From IMG/VR virus record IMGVR_UViG_3300021963_000025, positions 1-64,000 of that record: a DNA stretch of 64,000 nucleotides; one strand, given 5' to 3'. Position numbers and translations under genes: made by a program. This stretch comes from a virus (Duplodnaviria; Heunggongvirae; Uroviricota; Caudoviricetes). The notes beneath the pieces are model-generated. The model did no database searches. It was not told the origin of the DNA and saw only the letters and a list, made by a program, of their open reading frames with translations. Shown here one piece after another: positions 8,115-16,342 of the stretch. The number at the start of each line of letters is the position of its first letter. The stretch's first letter is position 1.

Positions 8115-8192
8115 TGCGATGTTGGTCAGAGACGGTCTCATGAGCCGTATCGGTAGATATACCCTCCAGAGGTTCAATTCCTCTAATCGCAA
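8115..8192 (+). tRNA. tRNA-like element, anticodon undetermined
   Basis: T-arm agagg-ttcaatt-cctct with acceptor tgcgatg/aatcgca (6 of 7 pairs); internal region does not give a canonical anticodon arm. Confidence 0.3.
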
Positions 8193-8197
8193 CAAAT

Positions 8198-8268
8198 ACG
8201 GGTATGGTGCAATGGTAGCATACCGGTCTCCAAAACCGACGATGGGGGTTCAAATCCCTCTGCCCGTG
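8198..8268 (+). tRNA. tRNA-Trp(CCA)
   Basis: A1:U72 acceptor acgggta/tgcccgt as in bacterial Trp tRNAs, anticodon arm ccggt-cTCCAaa-accga nearly identical to E. coli tRNA-Trp, T-arm ggggg-ttcaaat-ccctc. Confidence 0.65.
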
Positions 8269-8275
8269 CAAAAAC

Positions 8276-8350
8276 GTTCTTGTAGCTAAATTGGTGAAGG
8301 CGCTCGGCTCATAACCGAGAGATATGCAGGTTCGAGTCCTGCCAAGGACA
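8276..8350 (+). tRNA. tRNA-Met or tRNA-Ile2 (CAT), CCA encoded
   Basis: Acceptor gttcttg/caaggac, anticodon stem ctcgg/ccgag with loop cTCATaa, T-arm gcagg-ttcgagt-cctgc, followed by a-CCA. Confidence 0.65.
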
Positions 8351-8355
8351 CCACT

Positions 8356-8427
8356 GGTCTTATAGTTTAATTGGAAAAACTTATCGCTACGAACGATAGA
8401 ACGTAGGTTCGACTCCTACTAAGACCT
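8356..8427 (+). tRNA. tRNA-Arg(ACG)
   Basis: Perfect acceptor ggtctta/taagacc, D-stem agtt/aact, anticodon stem tatcg/cgata with loop cTACGaa, T-arm gtagg-ttcgact-cctac. Confidence 0.75.
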
Positions 8428-8435
8428 CAAAAAAT

Positions 8436-8504
8436 AGCGAGTGAGCTCGGGATCAAGGATGGCTCATATCCGACCTTAGATTGGTTCGAATCCAATACTC
8501 GCTA
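8436..8504 (+). tRNA. tRNA-like with probable CAT anticodon (third CAT species), short D region
   Basis: Perfect acceptor agcgagt/actcgct and T-arm attgg-ttcgaat-ccaat; candidate anticodon arm gatgg-cTCATat-ccgac with one mismatch; only 69 nt. Confidence 0.45.
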
Positions 8505-8646
8505 CAAAATGATTGTATACTAGTAAAGGTAAAACTAGGTCTGCCGGTAAATCAGACGTCTAACGACTAGGTTAATGAAAGATGATGAAAGTGTCGCGAG
8601 TTAGTAATCATCATGGTTCGAGTCCCCTTACAGTCACAAAATACAA

Positions 8647-8719
8647 TCCCTCGAAGCTCATGTGGACGGGCACTCCGCTTTTAACGGAGGGGTAGATGGT
8701 TCGAGGCCATCCGGGGGAA
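8647..8719 (+). tRNA. tRNA-Lys(TTT)
   Basis: Acceptor tccctcg/cggggga, D-stem gctc/gggc, anticodon stem ctccg/cggag with loop cTTTTaa, T-arm gatgg-ttcgagg-ccatc. Confidence 0.7.
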
Positions 8720-8750
8720 CTAGGAGAAAAGCAGAAGTTAATAATATCTG

Positions 8751-8823
8751 CGGCGGTTAGTTCCAAGTGGTTAGAATGCCGGCGTAGAGCCGGAGGTTAT
8801 GGGTTCGAGTCCCATACTGTCGT
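8751..8823 (+). tRNA. tRNA, anticodon unresolved (loop cgTAGag with G at position 33)
   Basis: Acceptor cggcggt/actgtcg, D-stem gttc/gaat, T-arm atggg-ttcgagt-cccat; only a 4-bp ccgg/ccgg anticodon stem with an atypical loop. Confidence 0.45.
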
Positions 8824-8966
8824 AGTAAAATAGCCGATGCAGTAAAAGGTTCCAAAAAGTGTAGCAACCTGATAAACTGAACAGTTGCAAATGTTCTTTT
8901 TAGTGAAGTTGGGCTTTACAAAGACTCGCGATCTTAGGTAAAGTGTTCCTTTTACACTCTTAACTT

Positions 8967-9037
8967 GCCTCGTTGGCGTAATGGAAGCGTATTTGTTTTA
9001 CATGCAAAGGGCGGTGGTTCGATTCCACTACGAGGTA
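8967..9037 (+). tRNA. tRNA-Val(TAC)
   Basis: Acceptor gcctcgt/acgaggt, anticodon stem tttgt/gcaaa with loop tTTACat, T-arm ggtgg-ttcgatt-ccact. Confidence 0.65.
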
Positions 9038-9105
9038 CAAAATTAGACTGTTAAGGTAGGACGTCAGTCGAAGAGAGGTGAGCCATACCTAATCCTCTCA
9101 ATATG

Positions 9106-9178
9106 GTGATTGTAGCTGAATTGGTAAAGCACTTGATTGTGGTTCAAGAGATTGTGGGTTCGAGTCCCATCCTTCACA
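9106..9178 (+). tRNA. tRNA-His(GTG) with A73 discriminator and encoded CCA
   Basis: Anticodon stem cttga/tcaag with loop tTGTGgt, D region tagctgaattggtaaagc, T-arm gtggg-ttcgagt-cccat then ccttcac-a-CCA; acceptor gtgattg pairs 5/7 with ccttcac; a G is present at -1 (9105), but position 73 is A rather than the bacterial C. Confidence 0.55.
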
Positions 9179-9217
9179 CCAGAAACCTTTTTAACATTTT
9201 CCATAGATATATAGTTT

Positions 9218-9874
9218 ATGGAAAACGTTATAAAGAAACAAGCAAGTAGAAGGAAATACCATTACATCTATAAAACTACATGTATTATTACAAACCGGTT
9301 TTATATTGGAATGCACTCAACAGACAACCTAGAAGATGGTTATGTTGGTTCAGGTAAAAGATTATGGCATTCAATAAATAAACATGGCAGGGAGAATCAT
9401 GTTTGCGAGATATTGGAATTTTTTCCGGATAGAAAATCATTAGCCGAAAGAGAAAAGGAAATTGTTAATATTGAATTGATTGGTGAAGAACTATGTATGA
9501 ATTTGGCTGTAGGAGGAGATGGAGGATTTTCAAAAGAAACCCAGAGATTAGGTGCAAAAAAATCTAATGAAAGGCAAATTGAATTAAGAAATGATGAAAA
9601 TTGGAGATTGCATAAGCAAATCGCACAATCTAACGCATTAAAGAATAGTTACAAAACAGGAAAGAGAGAAGCACATTATTTCTATGATTGGTCTGGAAAA
9701 CAACTTTCAGATGAAACAAAGCAAAAAATAGGAGCATCATCTTCTATCAAACAAAAAGGAGAAAACAATTCCCAATATGGTAAATGTTGGATAACAAATG
9801 AAATTGAATCTAAAAAAATCTATAAAGGTGATACAATACCTGAAGGATGGAGATTAGGTAGAAAAATTAAATAA
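9218..9874 (+). CDS. GIY-YIG homing endonuclease (paralogue of 6178-6828)
   Basis: N-terminal 95 aa and C-terminal 45 aa nearly identical to CDS 6178-6828, with a divergent middle segment; GIY-YIG motif YIYKTT...FYIGM. Confidence 0.75.
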   Translation: MENVIKKQASRRKYHYIYKTTCIITNRFYIGMHSTDNLEDGYVGSGKRLWHSINKHGRENHVCEILEFFPDRKSLAEREKEIVNIELIGEELCMNLAVGGDGGFSKETQRLGAKKSNERQIELRNDENWRLHKQIAQSNALKNSYKTGKREAHYFYDWSGKQLSDETKQKIGASSSIKQKGENNSQYGKCWITNEIESKKIYKGDTIPEGWRLGRKIK

Positions 9875-9987
9875 GTTAACTTATTTTACAATCGACGATA
9901 CCCAGAGGGTATAAGTCTTGGTTAGAGATTTATTCTTACAAACTCAGTACCTAAAGCTGAGCGGCCAGACAATGGGACTGGCTTTAT

Positions 9988-10060
9988 ATCCCTGTGGTGA
10001 AACGGTAAACACAACGAGTTTAAGCCTCGTAAGCTGCAGGTTCGACTCCTGTCAGGGATA
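9988..10060 (+). tRNA. tRNA with anticodon TAA (Leu-decoding) on a class I scaffold
   Basis: Perfect acceptor atccctg/cagggat, anticodon stem acgag/ctcgt with loop tTTAAgc, 5-nt variable loop, T-arm gcagg-ttcgact-cctgt. Confidence 0.5.
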
Positions 10061-10066
10061 CAACAT

Positions 10067-10139
10067 GCCCCTATAGCATAAATGGAAATGCAACATCCTT
10101 CTAAGATGTCAAATGGAGATTCGAATTCTTCTAGGGGTA
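10067..10139 (+). tRNA. tRNA-Arg(TCT)
   Basis: Acceptor gccccta/taggggt, D-stem gcat/atgc, anticodon stem acatc/gatgt with loop cTTCTaa, T-arm ggaga-ttcgaat-tcttc. Confidence 0.65.
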
Positions 10140-10148
10140 CAACAAATT

Positions 10149-10242
10149 GGAAGATTAAGCCGAAAGAGTTTGGGTACCGGCAGCGCACTTGAAATGCGTC
10201 GATCCTTTAAAGGGTGTGGGGGTTCGAATCCGTCATCTTCCG
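10149..10242 (+). tRNA. tRNA-Ser(TGA), class II
   Basis: Perfect acceptor ggaagat/atcttcc, anticodon stem gcgca/tgcgt with loop cTTGAaa, long variable arm, T-loop ttcgaat. Confidence 0.6.
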
Positions 10243-10270
10243 CGGTGAACCTTTGGTTCAAAATTAACTT

Positions 10271-10355
10271 GGAGAGTAATCTGAAGTGGTTTCAGCACTG
10301 TTTGCTAAACAGTTGGTCCGGGAAACCGGATGGGGATCGTAACCTCTGCTCTCCG
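10271..10355 (+). tRNA. tRNA-Ser(GCT)-like, class II with degenerate T-loop
   Basis: Acceptor ggagagt/gctctcc, D-stem ctga/tcag, anticodon stem actgt/acagt with loop tTGCTaa, variable arm tccgg-gaaa-ccgga; T-loop reads atcgtaa instead of ttcgaat. Confidence 0.45.
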
Positions 10356-10369
10356 CAAAATTTAATATT

Positions 10370-10882
10370 ATGAGCATTTACAGCAAAACATTAGTAATCG
10401 ATTCGAGCTATATGCCTCGAAGTGTTATCAGTAGTCTTAGAGCATTTTCAATAGTGTATAAAGGAAACGCGAAAGTGGTTTGGGAGCATGATTGCCAATT
10501 TAATCTATGTGACCCTGATGCTGTAATTTACAAGCCTTCAATTATAAGGGTACAAAAGTTTATTTACACTGAGCACCGAAACGTTCCTCTAACAAGAGAA
10601 AATGTATTTAAGCGCGACAACAATACATGCGTTTATTGTGGGGAGACTGACAGAAAGAAACTTACAATAGACCACGTTATTCCTCAATCAAAAGGAGGTC
10701 CAAACACCTGGGAAAATCTTACCACTGCCTGCAAAAAATGTAATGGTGAAAAAGCAGACTTAAGTCTGGAAGAGTACGGTAAGACCATTCCGCAACCCAG
10801 AAGACCTCATTTCCTTATGTTAATGAAACATATTGAAAACATTCCAGACGAATGGAAACAATATCTATTTTTCGAGAAGTAG
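10370..10882 (+). CDS. HNH endonuclease
   Basis: CVYCGETDRKKLTIDHVIPQSKGGPNTWENLTTACKKCNGEK = canonical HNH motif with zinc-binding cysteines. Confidence 0.8.
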   Translation: MSIYSKTLVIDSSYMPRSVISSLRAFSIVYKGNAKVVWEHDCQFNLCDPDAVIYKPSIIRVQKFIYTEHRNVPLTRENVFKRDNNTCVYCGETDRKKLTIDHVIPQSKGGPNTWENLTTACKKCNGEKADLSLEEYGKTIPQPRRPHFLMLMKHIENIPDEWKQYLFFEK

Positions 10883-10890
10883 ATTCTTTA

Positions 10891-10916
10891 AGCCCGGTTA
10901 ATTCCGGGCTTTTTTG
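10891..10916 (+). terminator. rho-independent terminator
   Basis: gcccgg-ttaatt-ccgggc followed by TTTTTT just after the HNH gene stop. Confidence 0.6.
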
Positions 10917-10967
10917 TGTAAAATTGTTAATAACTTTTTTATGAAAATGTTTCGGGATTCCATGGAA

Positions 10968-10995
10968 TTGATTATATTTACACTATAATTAAAAC
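10968..10995 (+). promoter_or_regulatory. conserved promoter-like cassette motif
   Basis: ttgattatatttacactataattaaaacaa upstream of CDS 11007. Confidence 0.5.
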
Positions 10996-11006
10996 AAAGA
11001 AATATT

Positions 11007-11243
11007 ATGGAAAACATTATCACAGAAGTATTAAAAAAGGCAAATGGTAGTATTATAAACTTGGGAACTGCGAATGGCTGGAGTAAAGCCACCAATGACC
11101 AGTATCAAGCCCTGAGTGAGTTAATGGTACAAGGTTCTCAAAGCAGCAGAAACTTAGGCAGATGTTACAATGAATATAGTTTTAAAGTAGTTATTGAAGG
11201 ACATATTTATACAGTTATTCATACTGTAGATTCTGGTGATTAG
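11007..11243 (+). CDS. hypothetical protein
   Basis: 78-aa ORF preceded by the promoter cassette. Confidence 0.55.
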   Translation: MENIITEVLKKANGSIINLGTANGWSKATNDQYQALSELMVQGSQSSRNLGRCYNEYSFKVVIEGHIYTVIHTVDSGD

Positions 11244-11324
11244 TTTGTATAAAATGAAACTAAAACTGGAATATTGAATATAACTTAAGTCTTTAAGCCT
11301 TTGGGTAAAATAAACAACTAGAAC

Positions 11325-12158
11325 ATGAAAAACTTATACTTATTACCGTCGCCAAATCCAAGTAGATTATATTATTTTGGTAGTAGTCCTGAATTGCGAT
11401 TGACAAAATATCCTAACCTATTCAGGGTTTTTGAGAGAAGTACTCAGCATATTTATATTGTTGCAAATGGTAAATTTAGCAGAGACCAATATGTTACAGA
11501 CGGTATTGAAGTAATTAAAGCCAGTCCAAAATTGGTTGATGCACAAGGTTTAATTGATAGAAGAGAATGGAAGAAGATAATCCTAACAACGGATGGGGTT
11601 CTTATTAATGAAGGGGTTCAGTCCATTCCAGAAGAATTCTTAACATGGTTCGTAGAGAATCCTAAATGCGAATCGGTTGAGGTTAATGAAAAGAGCAGAT
11701 GTTGTGGTCGATGTAATGGAATTGATGACCTTTGTTATGTCGATATGTGTTGTGACGACCATCATGTTTATGGATGCGAGACATGTTACGGAAAGAGGGT
11801 AGAATATTTGATAACCATTCCAATTTATTGTACTCAAAAAGAAGAACCTAAAATGAATAAAATACAACAGGAAATATTTGAAATGGAGCAAGAGCTTGAT
11901 GTACCTTCACATTTAAGATGGCACAATTCTAAACCTAAACAAGATATTATAGCTTCTGAAGAGGATGCTAAAATATTTGTTGATGCAATGATTAATCCAC
12001 CAGAGCCGAATGAAAAACTGAAAGAGGCTTTTAAAAATTATAGAAAAGCTGAGCATCAATTAGAATCTGAAATAGAACACCTTATTATAAGATGGAATAA
12101 TGATGGTTCTAGAACTGCAGGTTCATTAGCAAGAGAGATTATAGAATTAATAAAATAG
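11325..12158 (+). CDS. hypothetical cysteine-rich protein
   Basis: 277-aa ORF; central CESVEVNEKSRCCGRCNGIDDLCYVDMCCDDHHVYGCETCYGKR cysteine cluster suggests metal binding. Confidence 0.65.
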   Translation: MKNLYLLPSPNPSRLYYFGSSPELRLTKYPNLFRVFERSTQHIYIVANGKFSRDQYVTDGIEVIKASPKLVDAQGLIDRREWKKIILTTDGVLINEGVQSIPEEFLTWFVENPKCESVEVNEKSRCCGRCNGIDDLCYVDMCCDDHHVYGCETCYGKRVEYLITIPIYCTQKEEPKMNKIQQEIFEMEQELDVPSHLRWHNSKPKQDIIASEEDAKIFVDAMINPPEPNEKLKEAFKNYRKAEHQLESEIEHLIIRWNNDGSRTAGSLAREIIELIK

Positions 12159-12162
12159 GATT

Positions 12163-12330
12163 ATGAAAAAACTGTTAGTTTTAACCTTATTGTTGGGTAC
12201 ATTAGCTTCATGTTCGAGTGCTAAACCTACACGAAACAAGGCAAAGGAAAGGTCCAAAAGAATGATGACCCCTCGCCCGCAATATGCATTTGTAAACAAC
12301 CAAATAATAATTTTTGAAAATAACTACTAA
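12163..12330 (+). CDS. small lipoprotein (55 aa)
   Basis: MKKLLVLTLLLGTLASC signal peptide with lipobox; not in supplied track (<60 aa). Confidence 0.4.
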   Translation: MKKLLVLTLLLGTLASCSSAKPTRNKAKERSKRMMTPRPQYAFVNNQIIIFENNY

Positions 12331-12537
12331 ATGAAACATTTATTGACATTACTTGTATTACTATTATTAACCTCTTGTACTGTAGAACAGAGAATCTATA
12401 AACACTCTTATACTAAAGAATGGTATTATATGAATGCCGAAAGATATCAGGTATATAAGACCGCTAGAGGTACTCGCTATATTATAGTCCTGAATAACGA
12501 ACAAACTAAATTTAAAAGAAAATATTTAAAGAGATGA
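12331..12537 (+). CDS. small lipoprotein
   Basis: MKHLLTLLVLLLLTSC signal peptide with lipobox cysteine. Confidence 0.55.
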   Translation: MKHLLTLLVLLLLTSCTVEQRIYKHSYTKEWYYMNAERYQVYKTARGTRYIIVLNNEQTKFKRKYLKR

Positions 12538-13238
12538 GAATTACCCTGATTTCCGACACACATACTCGACACGGTCTAATAGACCCTAAATTGGACCTTC
12601 CAGGTGGAGACCTATTACTTCACGCCGGGGATATCATGAACTCTGGTTATAATAAAAATGACATTAAGGATTTTTGCCATTGGTACAATTCTCTTGAGCA
12701 TTACGACCAAAAGATATTTATTGCTGGAAATCATGACAGAACATTTGAAGATTTTCCAGAAGCGGCAAGAGAAATCTATAGTTCTTATAAGAACATTACA
12801 TATTTACAAGACGAAAGACTTGATTTATGGGACGAGGAAGACCAACAAACGGTTATTTATGGTACACCATGGCAACCCTGGTTCTATGACTGGGCTTTTA
12901 ACCTACCAAAAGGCGGACCAGGATTAATGAGCAAATGGGAAGCCATTCCAGCGGACACTGACATTTTAATTACCCACGGACCACCTCAAGAGATTTTGGA
13001 TATTAGTGGACCTCCATATAATGAGCCACTCCTAGGATGCGCCCTATTGAGAGAGCGAGTAGACGAAATCAAACCAAAGATTCATGTTTTCGGGCATATT
13101 CACGGTAGTTATGGTTATAAGTTCCAGAACGGTACGCATTTCTTTAATGCATCTATCCTGAATGAGGAATATAACTATACGAATAGACCAGTTACATTTG
13201 ATTGGAATCCGGAGACTAACGAAATAACTTTTATATAA
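12534..13238 (+). CDS. calcineurin-like metallophosphoesterase
   Basis: ISDTHTRHG, GDIMNSG, GNHD, ITHGPP and FGHIHGS motifs of the metallophosphatase family. Confidence 0.7.
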   Translation: MRITLISDTHTRHGLIDPKLDLPGGDLLLHAGDIMNSGYNKNDIKDFCHWYNSLEHYDQKIFIAGNHDRTFEDFPEAAREIYSSYKNITYLQDERLDLWDEEDQQTVIYGTPWQPWFYDWAFNLPKGGPGLMSKWEAIPADTDILITHGPPQEILDISGPPYNEPLLGCALLRERVDEIKPKIHVFGHIHGSYGYKFQNGTHFFNASILNEEYNYTNRPVTFDWNPETNEITFI

Positions 13239-13253
13239 TTTTAAAAATAATTA

Positions 13254-13283
13254 ACCTGGCATTTTACCGTGTCAGGTTTTTTG
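13254..13283 (+). terminator. rho-independent terminator
   Basis: acctggc-attttaccgt-gtcaggt followed by a T-run. Confidence 0.55.
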
Positions 13284-13310
13284 TTTATATTTACATTATA
13301 ATTAAAACAA
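13281..13310 (+). promoter_or_regulatory. conserved promoter-like cassette motif
   Basis: ttgtttatatttacattataattaaaacaa upstream of CDS 13318. Confidence 0.5.
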
Positions 13311-13317
13311 ATGAATT

Positions 13318-13920
13318 ATGATAAACAACTTAGAAATTATACGACCACTCCTAAACTTTGAAAAGCCAGGAGACTTTTATATGCTATACGTTTTCAAACG
13401 TAAGAAAGACCAACCGGAAGGAGAACGAGATAACCATCAGTCAGTACGGACTATTAAGACCTATTGTATTGAGAGCATCGACCACTTAGAGAGAAGATGG
13501 GATGAGGTTATTCAACTTTGTGAAATGTTCAAGGCCAGAGCCTATATTCATGTACAAAAGCAGAACCATTTCGATGTAAGTTTAAGCATGATGGTTGATT
13601 TGGCTCAAAGAATCCAAAACGGACAACATAACCAAAAGGGTCTATTCGATTCGGTGGTCGGACAAATTAAAACTGGAGAGAAGAGATGGATTATTGATGT
13701 TGATGATATTATGGAAGCCAGTCCAGTAATGATGGCCTACATAGACCATGAATGTAAACCATACGGACCAAAAATTGAGGCAATAATTCCAACCAAGAAT
13801 GGACATCACTTAATCACTAAGAAATTTGATGTAATGAAGTTCAAGGAGAAATATCCAGAGTTGGACATACAAAAGCGCAATCCAACATTATTATATTACC
13901 CTAATAGCTTAGATTTATAA
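13318..13920 (+). CDS. hypothetical protein
   Basis: 200-aa ORF after the promoter cassette. Confidence 0.65.
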   Translation: MINNLEIIRPLLNFEKPGDFYMLYVFKRKKDQPEGERDNHQSVRTIKTYCIESIDHLERRWDEVIQLCEMFKARAYIHVQKQNHFDVSLSMMVDLAQRIQNGQHNQKGLFDSVVGQIKTGEKRWIIDVDDIMEASPVMMAYIDHECKPYGPKIEAIIPTKNGHHLITKKFDVMKFKEKYPELDIQKRNPTLLYYPNSLDL

Positions 13921-13974
13921 ATATAGAGTGGTTTTAAATGGATATATACTTTAAATAAAAAAAATATTTAAAGC

Positions 13975-16308
13975 ATGTCAATATTTAAAACCACTTTAAG
14001 TGTAGAATCAACTGACCCATCTACACCAGTTAAATTTACTGCAACTCAAAACAATGATTTAACGAATGACATTGTTACTGGTAAAGTAATGGTTGATTCA
14101 AATTTTCCACCAACAGTAATTAATGTACCACAAACAGGAGCTAAAGGTTCTTATGTTTATATTAAATCAAGTGCAACAAACCCAAAACACACCCTAATTA
14201 CTATCTCAAGCGAAGGAGAGTTTATACTATCACTTAGTCCTGGAGAGTATGCAGTCGTTCCTTTTATGGCATCTTATAATAGTAATCTTTTTGCAACGGT
14301 AACACATGGAACTGCAGAATTAGAATATTTAACTGGAAGCCGAGGAGAGGAAATTGGAGAAAGCGTACTTGTAAGATTCCAAGACCCAAATACTAGTACA
14401 TGGAAATATTTTACGTTAGACGCTGCAACTGGAAAACCTGGACCGATGGTAGATACTGGTGTTCAATATAATGTATATCCAAACCAACAAGTTTCGGCAC
14501 TTGTTAATCAAAAAGGTTATATCTTAGAATTTTATAATAACGACAACGAACATAAATTTGTTTTTGTAGGTACTTCAGGCCAAATAATATCATCTGAGGA
14601 AATTAACCAAAATTTTAATAGATATCAAGGAGACGGAAGAGCCAACTTAATAACGTGGTATGATGGTAATGGAAATGGACATGCTTTTTACTTTGATGGA
14701 GATAATCTTTATACACATGATTTTGTAAACATTGATGGTATTTTTGTAGATGACAACTGGGATGCTTGTGCTGCTGATGGAACTTTCCCAGTTTACATTG
14801 AAGGATATAATGGAGGTACTCAAGAAGCAGTTTTCTTTGTTAAGGGAGCTGATAAAAAGCTGGTTAAAACAACTTCAAATGGCGACTACATGAACACATA
14901 TACAGGTGCTTATGCTAATTTCGTTGCAATGGAAACCTTATATAATGATGGAGATACCTATCTCTACTCAGTAGAAATTTATGACACTGATGGTACCCTT
15001 CTTAAAAGTGTAAATTTTAATGAAATGTGGATAGATAGTTCTGATTTTTACTTCTATGGTTCTGGAAAAATGCAAATTGTATATAGAGATGGTGATACTA
15101 GTGATTTAATATTCTTAAATTATAACCAACTTACCGGAAAACTTATCGGAGATGACCTATTATGGAGAGATAATTCTCAAACATATCAAGTAGTTATCGA
15201 CACATATCGTACAGGATACAGCCGTCCATATAGACCCGAATCTGTAGCTATTTTATTATATTATAACGAGGGACAGAATTATAGTTATTTGTTAAATCAA
15301 GATACTGATGGTGGTTTAAAAGTAACATACATAATCAATAATGATTTAGAGGCCCGAAATTACACTGTTCCATACACTGAAGATCGTTATTTTGCTGCTA
15401 ATTATTGGTATGATAGTTTATTTGCAAGTAATACTGATTTTATCCTATTATCAGCTGAAAATAGAACATCTGGTCCTTTAATTGCAACACGATTTGCTTC
15501 AGGTGTAGAACCTACAAAATTCCAAGTTATCCCTGATCTTAGCGTTTACAACGTTTCTAATATAGATAGCGGCGCATGGATTGATGGATATATCTTTGGA
15601 GACTACAGATATCTAGCAATTAGAAAAAATTCAGGAAATGGAGATAGAGACGTTATAGTATATGACGGTAAAAAAGTATTAGACACTATTTCAGGAATAT
15701 TTTGGGATGATTTTTCAACACCAACTGAATTTAACCAATTGAGTGTTATTGATTGGAATAATGAAAATATTTGGTATTTTAATACTTCTACTAAAAAGTT
15801 TGTTAAACTTCCAACAGGAGGATGGGTATGGGATTGGGATTCTCCTAGTAGCGAAGGTGCACAATACCCAGTAGGAACTGGTAAAACCATTATAACAAAA
15901 GTTAAAGATAATACAGATTCTGTATCGATATGGGGTAGAGTTATAACTAAAGGTTCTGCTGCAAATGAAAAAGAATTGTTAAAGTTTGGGAATCAACCAA
16001 ATTTTGAATGGTACTATTTATATACATATATGACTACTGAAACTATAGTTTTAGGATATAAGGAATACTACAATAGTACTTGGAAATTCAAAGTTTTCGA
16101 CCTTAACCTTAACTTTCTATATGAAGTTGATACAGAAAAAACAGAACGTTGGACTGATGATTATTATGGAAAATCAGTCTATTATGCTCTACATGATAAT
16201 AATGGAAACTGGACATATTACAACTTTGGAAAATTGTTAAATTCATTAGACTTGAATGATTATGTTCAACCATCGGATTATGCTTTTAATAACGATGACT
16301 GGTTTTAA
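13975..16308 (+). CDS. large Asn/Tyr/Gly-rich protein, putative virion structural or receptor-binding protein (paralogue A)
   Basis: 777 aa; shares conserved blocks (SYVYIKSSATNPKHT, ELEYLTGSRGEE, TYIINND, N-terminal and C-terminal segments) with the adjacent 778-aa ORF. Confidence 0.75.
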   Translation: MSIFKTTLSVESTDPSTPVKFTATQNNDLTNDIVTGKVMVDSNFPPTVINVPQTGAKGSYVYIKSSATNPKHTLITISSEGEFILSLSPGEYAVVPFMASYNSNLFATVTHGTAELEYLTGSRGEEIGESVLVRFQDPNTSTWKYFTLDAATGKPGPMVDTGVQYNVYPNQQVSALVNQKGYILEFYNNDNEHKFVFVGTSGQIISSEEINQNFNRYQGDGRANLITWYDGNGNGHAFYFDGDNLYTHDFVNIDGIFVDDNWDACAADGTFPVYIEGYNGGTQEAVFFVKGADKKLVKTTSNGDYMNTYTGAYANFVAMETLYNDGDTYLYSVEIYDTDGTLLKSVNFNEMWIDSSDFYFYGSGKMQIVYRDGDTSDLIFLNYNQLTGKLIGDDLLWRDNSQTYQVVIDTYRTGYSRPYRPESVAILLYYNEGQNYSYLLNQDTDGGLKVTYIINNDLEARNYTVPYTEDRYFAANYWYDSLFASNTDFILLSAENRTSGPLIATRFASGVEPTKFQVIPDLSVYNVSNIDSGAWIDGYIFGDYRYLAIRKNSGNGDRDVIVYDGKKVLDTISGIFWDDFSTPTEFNQLSVIDWNNENIWYFNTSTKKFVKLPTGGWVWDWDSPSSEGAQYPVGTGKTIITKVKDNTDSVSIWGRVITKGSAANEKELLKFGNQPNFEWYYLYTYMTTETIVLGYKEYYNSTWKFKVFDLNLNFLYEVDTEKTERWTDDYYGKSVYYALHDNNGNWTYYNFGKLLNSLDLNDYVQPSDYAFNNDDWF

Positions 16309-16342
16309 CGATTACTAACATAAACTAAAAAAAAATTAAAGA

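Noticed and set aside
6993-8289. Minus/plus ORFs 6993-7262, 7744-7977, 8023-8271, 8101-8289, 9922-10188, 10113-10373
   Set aside because: They overlap well-folded tRNAs on the plus strand and have no start context or promoter cassette; spurious.
8505-8646. 127-nt segment whose ends (tgattgt / acagtca) are complementary like an acceptor stem, with a ttcgagt T-loop
   Set aside because: The T-stem (catgg / cccct) does not pair, and the interior would need a 60-nt insertion; more likely a degenerate tRNA remnant than an intron-containing tRNA.
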